From Lobosporangium transversale (taxonomy: Eukaryota): 64,000 nucleotides of DNA. The notes under the pieces are model-generated. The model worked only from the letters and a program-made list of their open reading frames with translations, searched no databases and had not been told where the DNA came from. The stretch spans positions 434,001-498,000 of the forward strand of contig NW_019028992.1 in the NCBI RefSeq assembly GCF_002105155.1. Direction: 5' to 3'. Of the stretch, positions 44,827 through 59,603 are shown piece after piece (the first letter of the stretch is position 1; each line of letters opens with the position of its first letter). The position numbers and the translations under genes are program-made.

Positions 44827-45096
44827 ATGCTAGCCATGGATGAAGATCTCGGCCTTTCTAGCGTCAGCACGGATGTAGTGGTGGATATCGATACATTGAA
44901 GATTTATCTGGAGAAGCTACTTGTGCTTCTTCTTGGTGCTGAACAGGTGGACCTTGATTCGTCTCTGTTCTCGTTCCCTGATGCAACAGAGCGACTGCGC
45001 CGATTTGCAAGCGACCCGCAGACTCCTGCGTTGTATATACTCAAGGAGACTGACTCCAGTGCCGATACCTGTAAGACAGCATAAACTTGTTAACTT

Positions 45097-45131
<35 letters not shown>

Positions 45132-48100
45132 GGCGGTTCAATTGATGACAAGATCAAGCAGAAATATCCTTTTATCACATATGCTTGTGGGCCATAGACG
45201 AACTCGCATTATATATATTTTTAGTATACATGCACATGCACATGCAACAGAAGTTGTTTTGTTGGGCAACAATGTTTTGTCCCTGTGTGCGTGTGTGTTT
45301 GTGAACTCGTGCTATCTTATGACTGGCTTTCCCCTTTATTGCAATTTCAAAGGAATCACAAACAGTTACCAAAGCCTGTTTTGGAAGAGACCTTCTGACA
45401 TGTGCATCTCTTTAAACTTTTCTTTTATGCAGCCAATTCGACTCAGGTTTTTTCTTACTCGGTCAGCCATGAGCTCACTTATCATGCCAATCATGTTGGC
45501 TCCGTAGCCCTGATCAAGCGTGGCCCAACCATTGATACCTCTCGACCCTTACAAACCCAGGTTCAATTCATCAACTTACCTGGTCCCGCTGCCAACGACT
45601 CGGGCCTCACCCTGTCCAACCCATATGAGGCTTTACACTCTTACATCCATTATGCCGTCAGTCCTTACTTCAATGCCTATGTTAATACAAAGGGAGGTGC
45701 AGGGAGTGCCTCTAGTAAGCGACCCGATGATAAGGACGGCAAAATGGGTAAGATAATGATAATGACGCTGGCGCGAGTAACAACGACAGCCTGTTATTTT
45801 GCATTAAAAAGTCCATGGTAAAGCTTATGACTGACATAGTTATTGCGAAATGAATGCATCCACCAAATTCTCTAGGAATCCCAATGGCCAAGAAGAAAAT
45901 TGCCGAGCTTGAGTTGTCGCTGCTGCATCTACAGCAAAACGTTGAAATTCCCGAGATTTCCCTTAACATTCACCATGTTGTTCAGCAAGCTATTGACGAG
46001 GTTTGCGCTTGGCTGTTTCTAATCAAGGCATTCATTGGCATAAAGTGAAGCGAAGTTTATTTTTATTTACTTACTATTTCCTCTACATTTCTACAGTGCC
46101 GCAGGGAGAACCGTCGTGTCACAGTCGATGCTGTTGACTCGTCTTATTTCTCCGATCATACTTTTTTGAATAGACTGCAGAGCGATGTGAATGGATGGGT
46201 CAAGGAGATTCAAAAGGTTACCAAAATTAAAAGAGACCCTGCATCAGGAACTGCCATTCAAGAAATCAACTTTTGGCTTAGCATGGAAAGGGCGCTGGAG
46301 AAAATTGACGAACAGCTAAAGAGCGACCAAATCGGTGAGTAACCTTTTGGTTTTGCTCTGCCTTCATATTTATTCAACATGCCTTTTGTCTCATCCGAGC
46401 CAAATCTAATCTATATTATCTTTGTTATTAGTCCTTACAATGGATATATTGAGGCACGCTAAGCGCTTCCATGCAACTACCAGTTTTATTGCGGATACTC
46501 ATCTAAAGGAGGCAACCGAAAAAGGTAACGCATTGCCAAATACTATTGTCCCTAGATTGATGGGATTTACATCTTATCAACGAGCTTATTTTCATGTTTA
46601 CAACATCGATTAGTCCAAAAATACAACCAGTTGATGAAGGATTTTCCTTTGAATGAGCTTCTGTCCGCAACTGATGCCATCAAGGTCCGAGATTCAATCC
46701 TGCAAATCTTTGGGCACATCAACAAGAAGCTAAAGCTTTCGTACGTATATCAATCCCATTTATGTACATATTACACCAGAAAAAAAAAAAAAAAAAAAAA
46801 AAAAACTCATAACCTAACTGTGCCATTGTTTGATTGTAGTCCATATCCAATTCGACGAGCACTGCCTCTCGTGGAGTCAATCTCGAAGGATCTCAATGAC
46901 CAGTTGTTGCGAGTGTTAGGAAGCAGACGCTTGATGTATATGGAGTATGAAGATTTCGAAAAGGCTACTGCAGGCGCTGTGGAAGTATTCAAGACCTGGG
47001 ATGAAGGGATTAAGGAATTCACTAACGTTGCGCGCGAGGTTACTCGCAAACGAAATGAAAAATTCTTACCCATCAAGATCAATCCCGCTCATGCTAAGCT
47101 TCAGGAACGTATTCTCTTCGTTCGCAACTTCAGAGAGCAGCATCAGCAACTGCATCAAACTATTCTCAGGGTCATGACTAAGCCTACTGGTCTCAATGCC
47201 AAATCTTCGCTTGAGAGTGAGGAAACTGAGAGCATAAGTCTCAGTGATGTGAACGCGGTCGAGGAAGTTAAGCTTGCATACGAAAGCGTCAAAAATGTTG
47301 ATGTTCTTGATGTATCCCCTGAAGGGACTGATATTTGGGTCAATGCCGAAGTTTCTTATAATGAGCGTGTCGCCAGAGTCGAGAATCAGATTATTGCTAG
47401 TCTTCGTGACAGACTTGGTATCGCCAAAAACGCTAACGAGATGTTCCGAGTTTTCTCGAAATTCAATGCTCTTTTTGTTCGCCCTAAGATTCGTGGCGCA
47501 ATTCAGGAGTATCAGACACAGCTTATTGATAAAGTCAAGGATGATATTAAGAGACTGCATGATAAATTCAAGATGCAATATCGCCATTCAGATGCTTACC
47601 ACATGTCTCAGTTGCGCGATTTACCACCAATCTCCGGTCATATCATCTGGGCGCGTCAGATCGAACGTCAACTCTCGACATATATGAAACGTGTAGAGGA
47701 TGTCCTCGGCAAGGGATGGGAGCTGTATGCAGAGGGTCAGAAACTGCAGAGCGAAAGTAGCAGCTTCAGGAAGAAGCTGGATACCAAACCAATTTATGAT
47801 AATTGGTTTTCAGAAATTACCCGTCGTGAACTCGCTGTGTCCGGTCCACTTTTTGAGATCACCCGTAATCGTGCACAAGGAAATGTTTTGCAACTCGGTG
47901 TAAACTTCGACGCACAGATCATTACTCTCTTCAAGGAGGTCCGCAACCTTCTCTGGCTTAAATATCAAGTACCACATAATGTCAGCATCATCGCCAAGGA
48001 TGCCAAGAAGGTTTATCCGATTGCTGTAAGCCTGATGGAAACCATTCGAACATACAGCCAGATGGTCAGCAAAGTCCAACGTCATGCAGAGATCGCCACA

Positions 48101-51100
48101 CTTGTCGCGGGATACAGAAACGATGCTCAAAAGATGGTGTCTAAGGGTGTCAACCTTCGTTGGGAACACTTTGCAAACACTTATGGTGGCTCAGCGGCTT
48201 ACATCACTGGCAGTAATCTGATGGAAGTACAGCATAACCGACATCTTATGTTTGTACGCGAATTTGCATCGGTTGTCTCAATTTTTCAGGATAAAGTGGA
48301 CTCCCTGATATCAATTTACGATGATATCATGAAGTTGGTTAACGAACTCCCAATCTGTTCATACGTTCATACGAGTTTTGCCAGTGTTATCAATCGTATT
48401 CAAAAGTTGGTATGTCCATCATTGGCCGTGAATTTTTATGCTAATAGGCTAACAACACGTACCGGAGGCCGTGTCCTAAACCATATATACTTCATTTTAC
48501 GTTCCTTTTTAGATTGATCGCCTCAACTTGGAGTCATACTCGAATTTGGATCAATGGGTTGCTCAACTTGATTCGAAGGTCGAAACCTTACTTGTAGGGC
48601 GTTTGCAGCAGGCAATTAAATTATGGGTGCAAGAATACCAGCGAGATGATCTTGAGGAGGGATTGGCTGATTCTAGAGATATGAACACTCATGGCAAAAA
48701 CAAGAAGCGTCGTTCAAACCGGGAGTCCGAGCGGGCTAGTGTTGTTACAAAGGCTAACGATGTTAAACCTGCGCTCAAACTTTTGGTGCATGAGATTCAT
48801 ATCAAGAACCAAGTCATGTATCTTGATCCTCCAGTGGAGCAGGCCCGTGCCAGCTGGTACAGTCAACTTCACGATTGGCTATCAGTTGTTTGTAACTTGA
48901 CCCGCATCCAAAGCTCTAGATACGAGATTGGATTGGTGGTTCAGGAAAAAGTTGAAGACTTGACGTACGCTGATTTGCTTACCAAAATCCCGGATGATTC
49001 TTTGGCCAAAGCGTATGAGATCATTGAACAGAAGGTTACACAGGTCAAAGAATACGTAGATATTTGGTTGCAGTACCAGTCGCTTTGGGACTTGGAATCC
49101 CAATATATCTTCACACTTCTCGGTGAAGACCTAGCCAAATGGCAGCAGCTGTTGCTTGAGATCAAGAAGGCGCGCACCACGTTCGATAACTCTGAGACAG
49201 AGCAATCCTTTGGTCCCGTTGTAATTGACTATGAACAAGTTCAGTCCAAGGTGAACGCCAAGTATGATTCCTGGCAACGTGAAGTCCTTAACCGTTTCGG
49301 CACCATGTTAGGCACGTCCATGAAGGAGTTCCATAGCGCTGTCTTCAAGGCACGCAATGATCTCGAGCTTCACTCAGTTGATACCAATTCAACAGGCGAA
49401 ACTGTTACTTTCATTACATTTGTACAGGACCTCAAGCGTAAGGTTACCAAGTGGGAACATGATGTTGAGCTCTTCCGTCAAGGTCAGAAGACACTTGAGC
49501 GTCAGCGCTATCAGTTCCCGAACGATTGGGTGTACTGTGATCAAGTTGATGGAGAATGGAGCGCTTTCAACGAGATCCTAAGCCGCAAGAATAATGCCAT
49601 CCAGGAACAGATTGCAGGTTTGCAGATGAAGATTGTGACAGAAGACAAACTAGTTGAGCAAAAGATCTCAGAGATCCTGCAAGATTGGGAAAAGAACAAG
49701 CCTGTGCTAGGGAACATCAAGCCGGATATTGCCACTAACACCCTCAATATCTTCGAAGGCCGTGTTACAAGGATTAAAGAAGAATTCGACATGGTTCGTC
49801 GTGCAAAAGAAGCACTTGATTTGGCTCATTCTACAGATGATCGCCTTGAACCTGTCTTGGAGGAACTTCGTGACCTTAAATCTGTCTGGAATTCATTGGC
49901 CAAGATTTGGCAGTCTATCAATGAAATCAGGGACATGCTCTGGTCGACGGTTGTCCCTCGTAAGATCAGAACTCAATTGGATAATTTGACCAACTCGACA
50001 AAAGATATGCCCAATCGTATGCGTCAGTATGCAGCTTTCGAATATGTTCAAGAAGTTCTCCGCATGTATCTTAAGGTGAATCCGCTTTTGACCGACCTTA
50101 AGTCTGAGGCTCTCCGCGAACGCCACTGGCGTCAGTTATTCAAGGCCTTACGGGTCGAGGGGCGTTGGACTCTGTCAGAGATGACTGTTGGTAATATTTG
50201 GGATCTTGATCTCAAGCGTAACGAAACTCTTATTCGCGACATTATTGTAGTTGCACAAGGAGAAATGGCTCTTGAAGAGTTCTTGAAGCAGGTATGGCTG
50301 CACAATAATTTAAACTCAAAATATGGTCAACTTGCCTCATTGTCAATGCAACCATTCCTTCCATGGTGTATTAATGTTGGAAATATGTTTATTTAGGTTC
50401 GCGAGACTTGGTCTAATTACGCATTGGATCTGGTTAATTACCAAAACAAATGCCGACTCATCCGCGGGTGGGACGATTTATTTGCTAAATGCAGTGAGAA
50501 TCTCAACTTCTTGTCCGCCATGAAATTATCACCATACTACAAAGTCTTTGAGGAAGAAGCTGGTGGATGGGAGGAAAAGCTGAACCGAATTCATGTCCTT
50601 TTTGATGTTTGGATTGATGTACAACGTCAATGGGTTTACTTAGAGGGAATCTTCACTGGAAGCCATGATATCAAACATTTACTCCCAGTGGAGACCTCAC
50701 GCTTCCAGAATATCAACTCGGAGTTCTTGACAGTCATGAAGAAGGTCTATAAGTCGCCTTTTGTTCTGGATGTCCTTAACATTGCCAACATTCAAAAGTC
50801 ACTTGAGCGTTTGGCTGACCTTCTCGGCAAGATTCAGAAGGCTTTGGGAGAATACTTGGAGAGAGAGCGTTCGTCATTCCCACGCTTCTACTTTGTGGGA
50901 GATGAAGATCTTCTTGAGATTATCGGAAACAGCAAAGATGTCGTTCGCATCCAGAAGCACTTCAAGAAGATGTTTGCTGGCATTAGCAGTATTATCCTTA
51001 GTGAAGACGTTACCACTGTCCTGGGAATGTCATCTAAAGAGGGCGAGAATGTGATGTTTAAGACACCAGTTTCAATCAAGGACAATCCAAGGATCAATGA

Positions 51101-54100
51101 CTGGCTCACACTTGTAGAAAAAGAGATGCGCATGTCGTTGGCCAAGATCCTTGCTGAGTCTGTACAGGAAATGAATATCTTCTTCCTTGCAGAAACGCTT
51201 GATCCGGCTGCATTCTTGAGCTGGATCGATAAGGTTCCTGACCAACTAGTTGTTCTTACCTCCCAAATTACTTGGACCTCTACTGTTGAGCGAGCTCTTT
51301 CCATGATGGAAACTGATGGCTTTTCAGAAAAGCCAATGCAGCACGCCTTGGATTATGTGGAGCGTGCCCTCAACGTTCTCGCTGATACTGTCCTACAGGA
51401 TCTTGCGCCCATTCAGCGTAAAAAGTGCGAGCATCTGATCACCGATCTCGTTCACCAGCGTGATGTGATTCGTGCCCTAATTCGCAGCAAGATCTCTTCT
51501 ACAAAGAATTTTTCTTGGTTGTCCCAGATGCGATTCTACTTCAATGCTAGCCACGAAGATCCTCTACAGTGCTTGACCATCAATATGGCTAACGCCTCAT
51601 TCCTCTATGGTTATGAGTACTTCGGTGTAACTGAACGTCTGGTCCAAACGCCATTGACAGATCGTTGTTACCTTACTCTTACACAGGCCTTAGAGGCACG
51701 TCTCGGTGGTTCGCCCTTCGGACCCGCGGGTACTGGTAAGACAGAATCCGTCAAAGCCCTGGGAATCCAGCTTGGTCGCTTTGTCCTTGTCTTCTGCTGT
51801 GATGAGAACTTTGATTTCCAGGCTATGGGTCGTATTTTTATTGGTTTGTCTCAGGTTGGTGCTTGGGGATGTTTCGACGAGTTCAACCGCCTGGAGGAGA
51901 GAATTTTATCTGCTGTTTCACAGCAAGTGCAGACTATTCAATTGGGATTGAAGGAGGCCAAGACTAACCCAAACCACGAGATTGAATTGGTCGGCAAGAA
52001 CGTGCGTGTCAACACAAACACGGGCATTTTCATCACCATGAATCCAGGATATGCTGGTCGTTCCAACTTGCCAGACAATCTCAAGAAGCTCTTCCGCAGT
52101 ATTGCTATGACGAAGCCCGACAGAGAGCTTATTGCTCAAGTTATGTTATCGTCGCAGGGTTTCCGCACAGCTGAGACTCTTGCGTCCAAGGTCATTCCAT
52201 TGTTCAACTTGTGCGATGCAAAGCTTTCTCCTCAGTCACACTATGATTTTGGTCTTCGTGCTCTCAAGAGTGTTTTGGTCAGTGCTGGTAACATGAAGCG
52301 TGATCGTTTACAGGAGCTCCGTTCCAGTAATCCTGAGAATCTTGTTGCTGAGATTGAGCGCATTTCAGAGAGTATCCCTGAACAGGAGATTTTAATACAG
52401 AGTATTCGCGAAACTGTGGTGCCTAAATTGGTCGCGGAAGATATTCATGTCTTGATGGGGTACGTATTCTTTTCCATCAATGAGACAGGCTTCAAAGTGA
52501 ATCTAATTGATTTTAATTTTAATTTAATTTTATTATTATTATCTAAACTCGTATATATAATAGTCTTCTCAAGGACGTGTTCCCCGGAGTCGAATATAAT
52601 CCTGTTAGCTTGCAGCCTCTCCGCAAAGCTATCAATGACATTTGTGATAAGCGCCGTCTAGTTGTGGGTGATCTTTGGATGGAAAAGATTCTTCAGTTGT
52701 ACCAAATTCAACGTATCCACCATGGTTTGATGATGGTTGGCCCTTCAGGAAGTGGCAAATCAAATGCTTGGCAGGTCCTGCTCGCTGCTTTGGAAGTTGT
52801 AGAGGGCGTCGAAGGCCAATCGTATGTAATTGATCCCAAGGCAATGTCTAAGGATGCTCTTTACGGTGTACTGGATCCTACGACTAGAGAATGGACAGAC
52901 GGACTTTTCACTAACATTCTTCGCAAGATTGTTGACAACGTCCGTGGTGAAAGCGCGAAGCGTCACTGGATTATTTTTGATGGTGATGTTGACCCAGAAT
53001 GGGTCGAGAATTTGAACAGGTATGTTACGAGTTCGTTTTAGTTATTTGAGAGCTTATTGTTTTGTTAATAATACTGATATGGCGACTCACTGTCTTTGTC
53101 TTCGGCTATGATATTATCAGTGTATTGGATGATAACAGGCTGCTAACGCTTCCCAATGGTGAGCGTTTGAGCTTGCCTCCCAATGTCCGCATTATGTTTG
53201 AGGTCGAGACATTGAAATATGCCACGCTTGCTACGGTCAGTCGCTGCGGCATGGTCTGGTATAGTAGCGATGTCATCGATCGCTCCATGGTTTTCTCTAA
53301 CTATTTTGCAACACTCCGGAGCGTGCCACTGGATGAAGCTGATGAGGAGTTTACTACACGTCGTGTCGAAACGGAAGAGAACCGTGCGGTGTCACCAATT
53401 CTTCTCACTCAGCAGGCCTGCGCCAGTATTCTTGAGCCTCATTTTGCCGCGGATGGTCTTGTTTCTCAGGCTCTGGACTATGCCAGTACATTAGATCACA
53501 TCATGGACTTCACAATGATGCGTGTTCTTGGAACCCTTTTCTCACTCGTTAACAAGAGTGTTCGTAATGTAATTCAATATAACAATCAGCATACTGACTT
53601 CCCTATGGGCCCTGAACAGCTCGACAACTACATGTCCAAGCGCCTTGTCTACGCAACCATTTGGAGTTTCTCAGGAGATGCTAAACTGGAGCTCCGCGCC
53701 CGTCTCGGAGATTTCGTTCGAGGCGTCACCACGATCGACTTGCCACAGATACCTAACACATCTATCATTGATTTTGATATTAATATTAATACTGGTGAAT
53801 GGATTCCATGGCAGTCCAAGGTCCCTGTTGTGGAGATTGAGACACACACTGTAGCTGAGGCTGATGTGGTTATTCCAACAGTAGATACCGTCCGCCACGA
53901 GGAGGTCCTTTACTCATGGCTTTCAGAGCACAAGCCTCTAATCCTGTGTGGTCCTCCAGGCTCTGGAAAGACCATGACTTTATTCAGTGCATTACGCAAG
54001 TTGCCAGAGATGGAGGTTGTCGGTCTCAATTTTTCCAGCGCTACCACGCCTGAATTGATTCTTAAGACTCTTGAGCAGTACTGTGAGTATCGCAAGACAC

Positions 54101-57100
54101 CAAACGGCGTCCTACTTTCACCCGTGCTTCTAGGCCGCTGGCTTGTGGTCTTTTGCGACGAGATTAACTTACCATCTACCGACAAGTATGGAACCCAACG
54201 TGTCATTTCATTTATGCGCCAGCTGGTTGAATGTGGTGGCTTCTGGCGAACTGCAGATAAATCCTGGGTCAAGTTGGAACGCATTCAATTTGTTGGCGCC
54301 TGTAATCCTCCTACGGATCCAGGTCGTATTCCACTTAGCCATCGTTTCCTCCGTCACGTTCCTTTGGTTATGGTCGATTATCCCGGAGAGATATCTCTCA
54401 AGCAAATTTACAGCACATTCTGTCGTGCTATGCTAAAGGTGGTGCCATCTCTACGTGCATATTCCGAGCCTCTTACTGCCGCTATGGTTGAATTATATCT
54501 TTGCTCGCAAGCGCATTTTGTCCCTGAGATGCAGGCACACTACATTTACAGTCCTCGTGAGTTGACTCGATGGATGCGTGGTATATTTGAGGCAATCAAG
54601 CCAATGGAGACGCTTAGTGTGGAGGGTTTGGTGCGCATCTGGGCACATGAGGCTCTTCGTTTGTTCCAGGATCGTCTTGTGACTGAAGAGGAGCGTAGAT
54701 GGACCGATGATGAGATCGACCGAATTGCTCTCAAACACTTCCCCAGTCTTGATCGCGAACAGGCCCTTGGACGTCCCATTCTTTACTCGAACTGGCTTTC
54801 AAAGTACTATGTTCCTGTGGATCGTGAAGAACTCAGAGATTATGCCAAGGCTCGTCTCAGAGTCTTCTACGAGGAAGAACTGGACGTGCCTTTGGCATTA
54901 TTTAATGATGTATTGGATCACGTCTTGCGCATTGATCGTGTCTTCCGTCAAATGCAGGGTCATATGCTTTTGATTGGAGTCAGTGGAAGCGGTAAAACGA
55001 CTTTGTCGCGATTTGTTGCATGGATGAATGGTTTGAGTGTCTTCCAGATCAAGGTTCATAATAAGTATACAGCAGCTGACTTTGATGAGGATCTGAGAAC
55101 TGTACTCCGGCGCGCTGGTTGCAAAGGCGAAAAGATCTGTTTCATTTTGGACGAGTCAAATGTCTTGGACTCTGGATTCTTGGAGAGAATGAATACGCTG
55201 CTGGCAAACGCTGAAGTTCCAGGGTTGTTCGAGGGCGATGAATATGCATCACTGATGACTCAGTGCAAGGAAGGAGCACAGAGAGATGGTCTGATGTTAG
55301 ATTCGAGCGAAGAATTGTACAAGTGGTTCACTCAACAAGTCATGAAGAACCTGCACGTTGTGTTCACGATGAATCCACCTGAGGGCGGTCTTGCTTCCCG
55401 TGCAGCCACCTCACCCGCCTTGTTCAATCGCTGTGTGCTCGATTGGTTTGGTGACTGGTCTGATCAGGCATTCTTCCAAGTTGGTCAAGAATTCACCACA
55501 AGTTTGGATCTGGACCGACCTAACTACATTCCTCCTCACAAGTTCCCTGTTGTGTATCGTAACCTCCCTGATACACCTACTCATCGCCACGCTATCATCA
55601 ACGCCTTTGTTTATGTTCATCAATCGCTCTATGAGGTGAATGCCAAGCTCAGCAAGCGAAACGGAAAACGTGGTTACGTTACTCCTCGCCATTACTTGGA
55701 CTTTATTCATCACTATGTCCGTTTGTATAACGAGAAACGTGAAGATCTTGAAGAACAACAGCGCCATCTAAATGTTGGCCTTGATAAGCTCAAGGACACT
55801 GTCGTAAAAGTTGAGGAGCTTCGAAAGAGCCTTGCCATCAAGAAGAATGAGCTTGAAATCAAGAATCGACAAGCTAATGAAAAGCTGCAGAAGATGGTAG
55901 CTGATCAACAAGAGGCTGAGAAGAAGAAGGCTACCTCGATTGAGATTCAGGCAGCATTAGAAGCCCAGAACCGCGAGATCACCCAGCGTACGGCTGTGGT
56001 TATGGCAGATTTGGCCAATGCCGAGCCGGCTGTCATGGAAGCTCAGAGAGCTGTCAAAGACATCAAGAGATCCCAATTGACAGAGGTGCGTGCTATGGGC
56101 AACCCTCCGGAGGTGGTCAAACTGGCCATGGAGTCGGTCTGCACTATGCTTGGTAACAAGTTAGATGGCTGGAGAACAGTGCAAGGAATCATTCGTCGCG
56201 AGGACTTTATTCATAGCATCGTGAATTACGACACTGACCGACAGATGACACCGGCCATGCGAGAAAAGATTAAAGCCGAGTATCTTAGCCATCCCAACTA
56301 TAACTTTGAGACCGTGAATCACGCCAGTAAGGCCTGTGGACCTTTGGTCAAGTGGGTCATTGCTCAGGTCAACTATTCTCAAATCTTGGACAAGATCGGA
56401 CCTCTTCGTGCTGAGGTTCAAGAACTTGAAGCTAGCGCACAAACAACAGAGCTGAAGGCTTCTAGCATCGAAAAGATGATCCAAGAGCTAGAGAACAGTA
56501 TCGCGACCTATAAGGAGGAATACGCTGTCCTTATTTCAGAAGTTGGCTTGATCAAGAGTGAAATGGAGCGCGTCAAGTCCAAGGTTGACCGCAGTGTGAC
56601 CTTGCTTGAGTCACTTTCGTCTGAAAAAGTCCGTTGGGAAGCAGGTAGTCACTCATTTGATACACAGATGGCAACTACGGTTGGAGACGTACTTTTGGCG
56701 GCTGCCTTCCTGGCCTATGGTGGCTATTTTGACCAGCAGTACCGTGAGCTTTTATTCCACAAGTGGGCGGACCACCTTTCCAAGGCTGGAATCCAGTACA
56801 AGGCGGACATCTCACTTGCAGAATACTTGTCGACCGCTGATAAACGTTTGTCCTGGACTGAGCACGCTCTTCCAGCTGATGACCTCTGTGTGGAAAACGC
56901 CATCATCTTGCAGCGATTCAACAGATATCCACTCATCATTGATCCATCAGGCCAAGCAACTACATTCTTGATGAATGAGTACAAGGATCGCAAGATTACA
57001 GTAACAAGCTTTTTGGATGATTCTTTCTTGAAGAACTTGGAGAGTGCTTTGCGTTTTGGTAATCCTCTGTTGATCCAGGATGTCGAGCATCTTGATCCTA

Positions 57101-59361
57101 TCATGAATCCAGTACTCAATAAGGAACTTCGTCGCACTGGAGGTCGTGTTTTGATCCGCCTTGGCAATCAGGACATTGACTTTTCGCCAACATTCACTCT
57201 ATTCCTCTCGACCAGAGATCCATCCGTCAACTTCCCTCCTGATGTATGCAGTCGTGTCTCATTTGTCAACTTCACTGTGACAAGAGGAAGTCTCCAAAGT
57301 CAGTGCTTGAGCAAGGTACTGAAGGCTGAGCGACCTGATGTAGACCGTCGTCGTGCTGATCTGATTAAGCTCCAAGGTGAATTTAAGGTCAAACTTCGTC
57401 ATCTCGAAAAATCATTGCTTCAGGCACTGAACGAATCTAAAGGAAACATTCTGGATGATGACAAGGTCATTGCAACTCTAGAAACCTTGAAACGTGAAGC
57501 CGCTGACGTGACCCGCAAAGTGGAGGAGACTGAAGGAGTCATGCAGGAGGTTGAACAAACCACTGCCATTTACTCACCTCTGGCACATCAGTGCAGCTCC
57601 ATCTTTTTTGTAATGGAACAGCTCAACCGTATTCACCACTTTTATCAGATTTCACTTGACTTTTTCTCAGACATTTTTAATTTTGTGTTACATGAAAATC
57701 CTGCACTCAACGGGGTTAAGGACTATGGGCAGCGGCTGGATATCCTTACTCGCGACTTGTTCAATATCTCGTATACCAGAGCCAGTCTTGGACTGCTACA
57801 TGATGATCATCTCACGTTTGCAATGCTATTGACTCAGATCAAGGTTCGTGGAACAAATACCCAAGCAGATGAGGCCGAGTATGACTTTTTATTAAGCCCC
57901 GAATCAAATCCTTCGGGCGAAATTACAGCAGAGTTCACGGAGGAACAAAGAGCTCAAAGGATTGAGATATTTACAAAACTGCCGTCCTTCAAGCACATGC
58001 CTGACCATATTGCTAACAACCCTGACGATTGGACCAAGTTCTGGAATGCCTCCAAGCCTGAAGCTCATGTCCCAATGTTCTGGGAGCCATCTCCAATTGA
58101 AGGTATTTTTTATTTATTTATTTTTATTTTTTATTTTTTCACTGTAGCACTGTATCTGTACATCCGTATCCATATGGTTTGAAAGTATAACTAACTTTTT
58201 ATATTATGTGATCTATAAACATGTATATTGAATATAGCCATAAATGAGTTCAAAAAGCTTTTGGTCATCAAATGCTTCCGCCCCGACCGATTATTGATGG
58301 CGACTACCAAGTATGTTGATCTGGTGTTCACACCCAACTTTGTGAACCAGACTGAATTGGATCTAGCGAAGTTGGTCCGTGAGGAAGTCAAGGCATCGAC
58401 GCCCATCTCGCTTTGCTCTGTCCCTGGCCATGATGCCGCTTACCGCGTTGACAACTTGGCACAGGAGCAAGGCGTTCGCCTGGCATCTGTTGCTATGGGA
58501 TCTCAGGAAGGTTTGACCTTGGCTGATCAAGCAATAGCATCTGCGACTAAGACAGGTAACTGGGTCCTACTTAAGAACGTTCACCTGGCAATCACTTGGC
58601 TTGGTCAGTTGGACAAACGTCTGCATAGTCTCAAGGCTCATCCGAGCTTTAGGTTATTCTTGACTATGGAAACGAACCCCAAGGTGCCAGTGAATTTACT
58701 CCGTCTCTCGCGCGTGCTCATGTTTGAACCTCAACCTGGTATCAAGGCTAACTTGCTAGAGTCCCTACGCGGTATTCCTGCTGCTCGACTTTCGAAGGGC
58801 CCGACAGAGCGTGCTCGTTTGTACTTTATGGTCGCATGGCTCCACGCGGTTGTGTTGGAACGTCTCCGATATGTTCCTTTGGGATGGAGCAAGGCATACG
58901 AATTCAATGACTCTGATCAAGATTGTGCATTGAATACTATCGATAACTGGTTAGATACTGTGGGTCAAGGACGCGCGAATGTCTCACCAGACCGTATCCC
59001 ATGGGATGCTATCCGTATGCTTTTGTCGCAGTCTGTATATGGTGGTCGTGTGGATCATGACGCGGATCAAGTTTTGCTGGAGAGCTTTGTGAACTCGTTC
59101 TTTGGCGCAGAGTGCTATGATTTGAACTACAAACTTGTTGAACCGACAGAGGGAGATGAAGCGGGGCTGGTTGCACCAGAAGGTACAAAGATGTCACAGT
59201 TTTTGGAATGGGTCAATGAACTTCCGGCTCGTGAGCCGCCTACTTGGCTTCGCTTGCCTCCGACTGCGGAGCGTGTCTTGTCGACGCATAAGGCTATTAA
59301 GATGGTGTCGAAGATCAGGAAGATTAAGAGTCTTGTGGATGATGACGACGATGACATTTAA
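44827..59361 (+). CDS. DYN1: Cytoplasmic dynein 1 heavy chain, about 12 exons, roughly 4,370 aa
   Basis: Tail, linker, AAA1 [18 protein letters not shown]2 [11 protein letters not shown]3 [11 protein letters not shown]4 GVSGSGKT, stalk and microtubule-binding domain, AAA5/6 ([10 protein letters not shown]). Length estimated by subtracting 11 introns read by eye. Confidence 0.98.
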
Positions 59362-59603
59362 ATAGGATAAGAAAAAAAAAAAAAAAAAAAAAAAAAAAAG
59401 AAGTGCCATTAGTTTGTTGTTGAATACGAAAGGATAAATAAAAAATAAACAAATGAAGTTGATATTGAGTAGAAGAACAAGATACGTTTTATTGATAAAG
59501 ATACTTTTTTTTTATTAAAAAAAAAAAAAAAAAAAAGTAAAAAAAAATAAAAAAAAGCTACAATTATTTATTTTTATTTTCCGAAGGTGGAACAGAGAGA
59601 ATA

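Noticed and set aside
46807..59409. Numerous short antisense and alternate-frame ORFs within dynein
   Set aside because: Expected by-products of a long coding sequence with biased codon usage.
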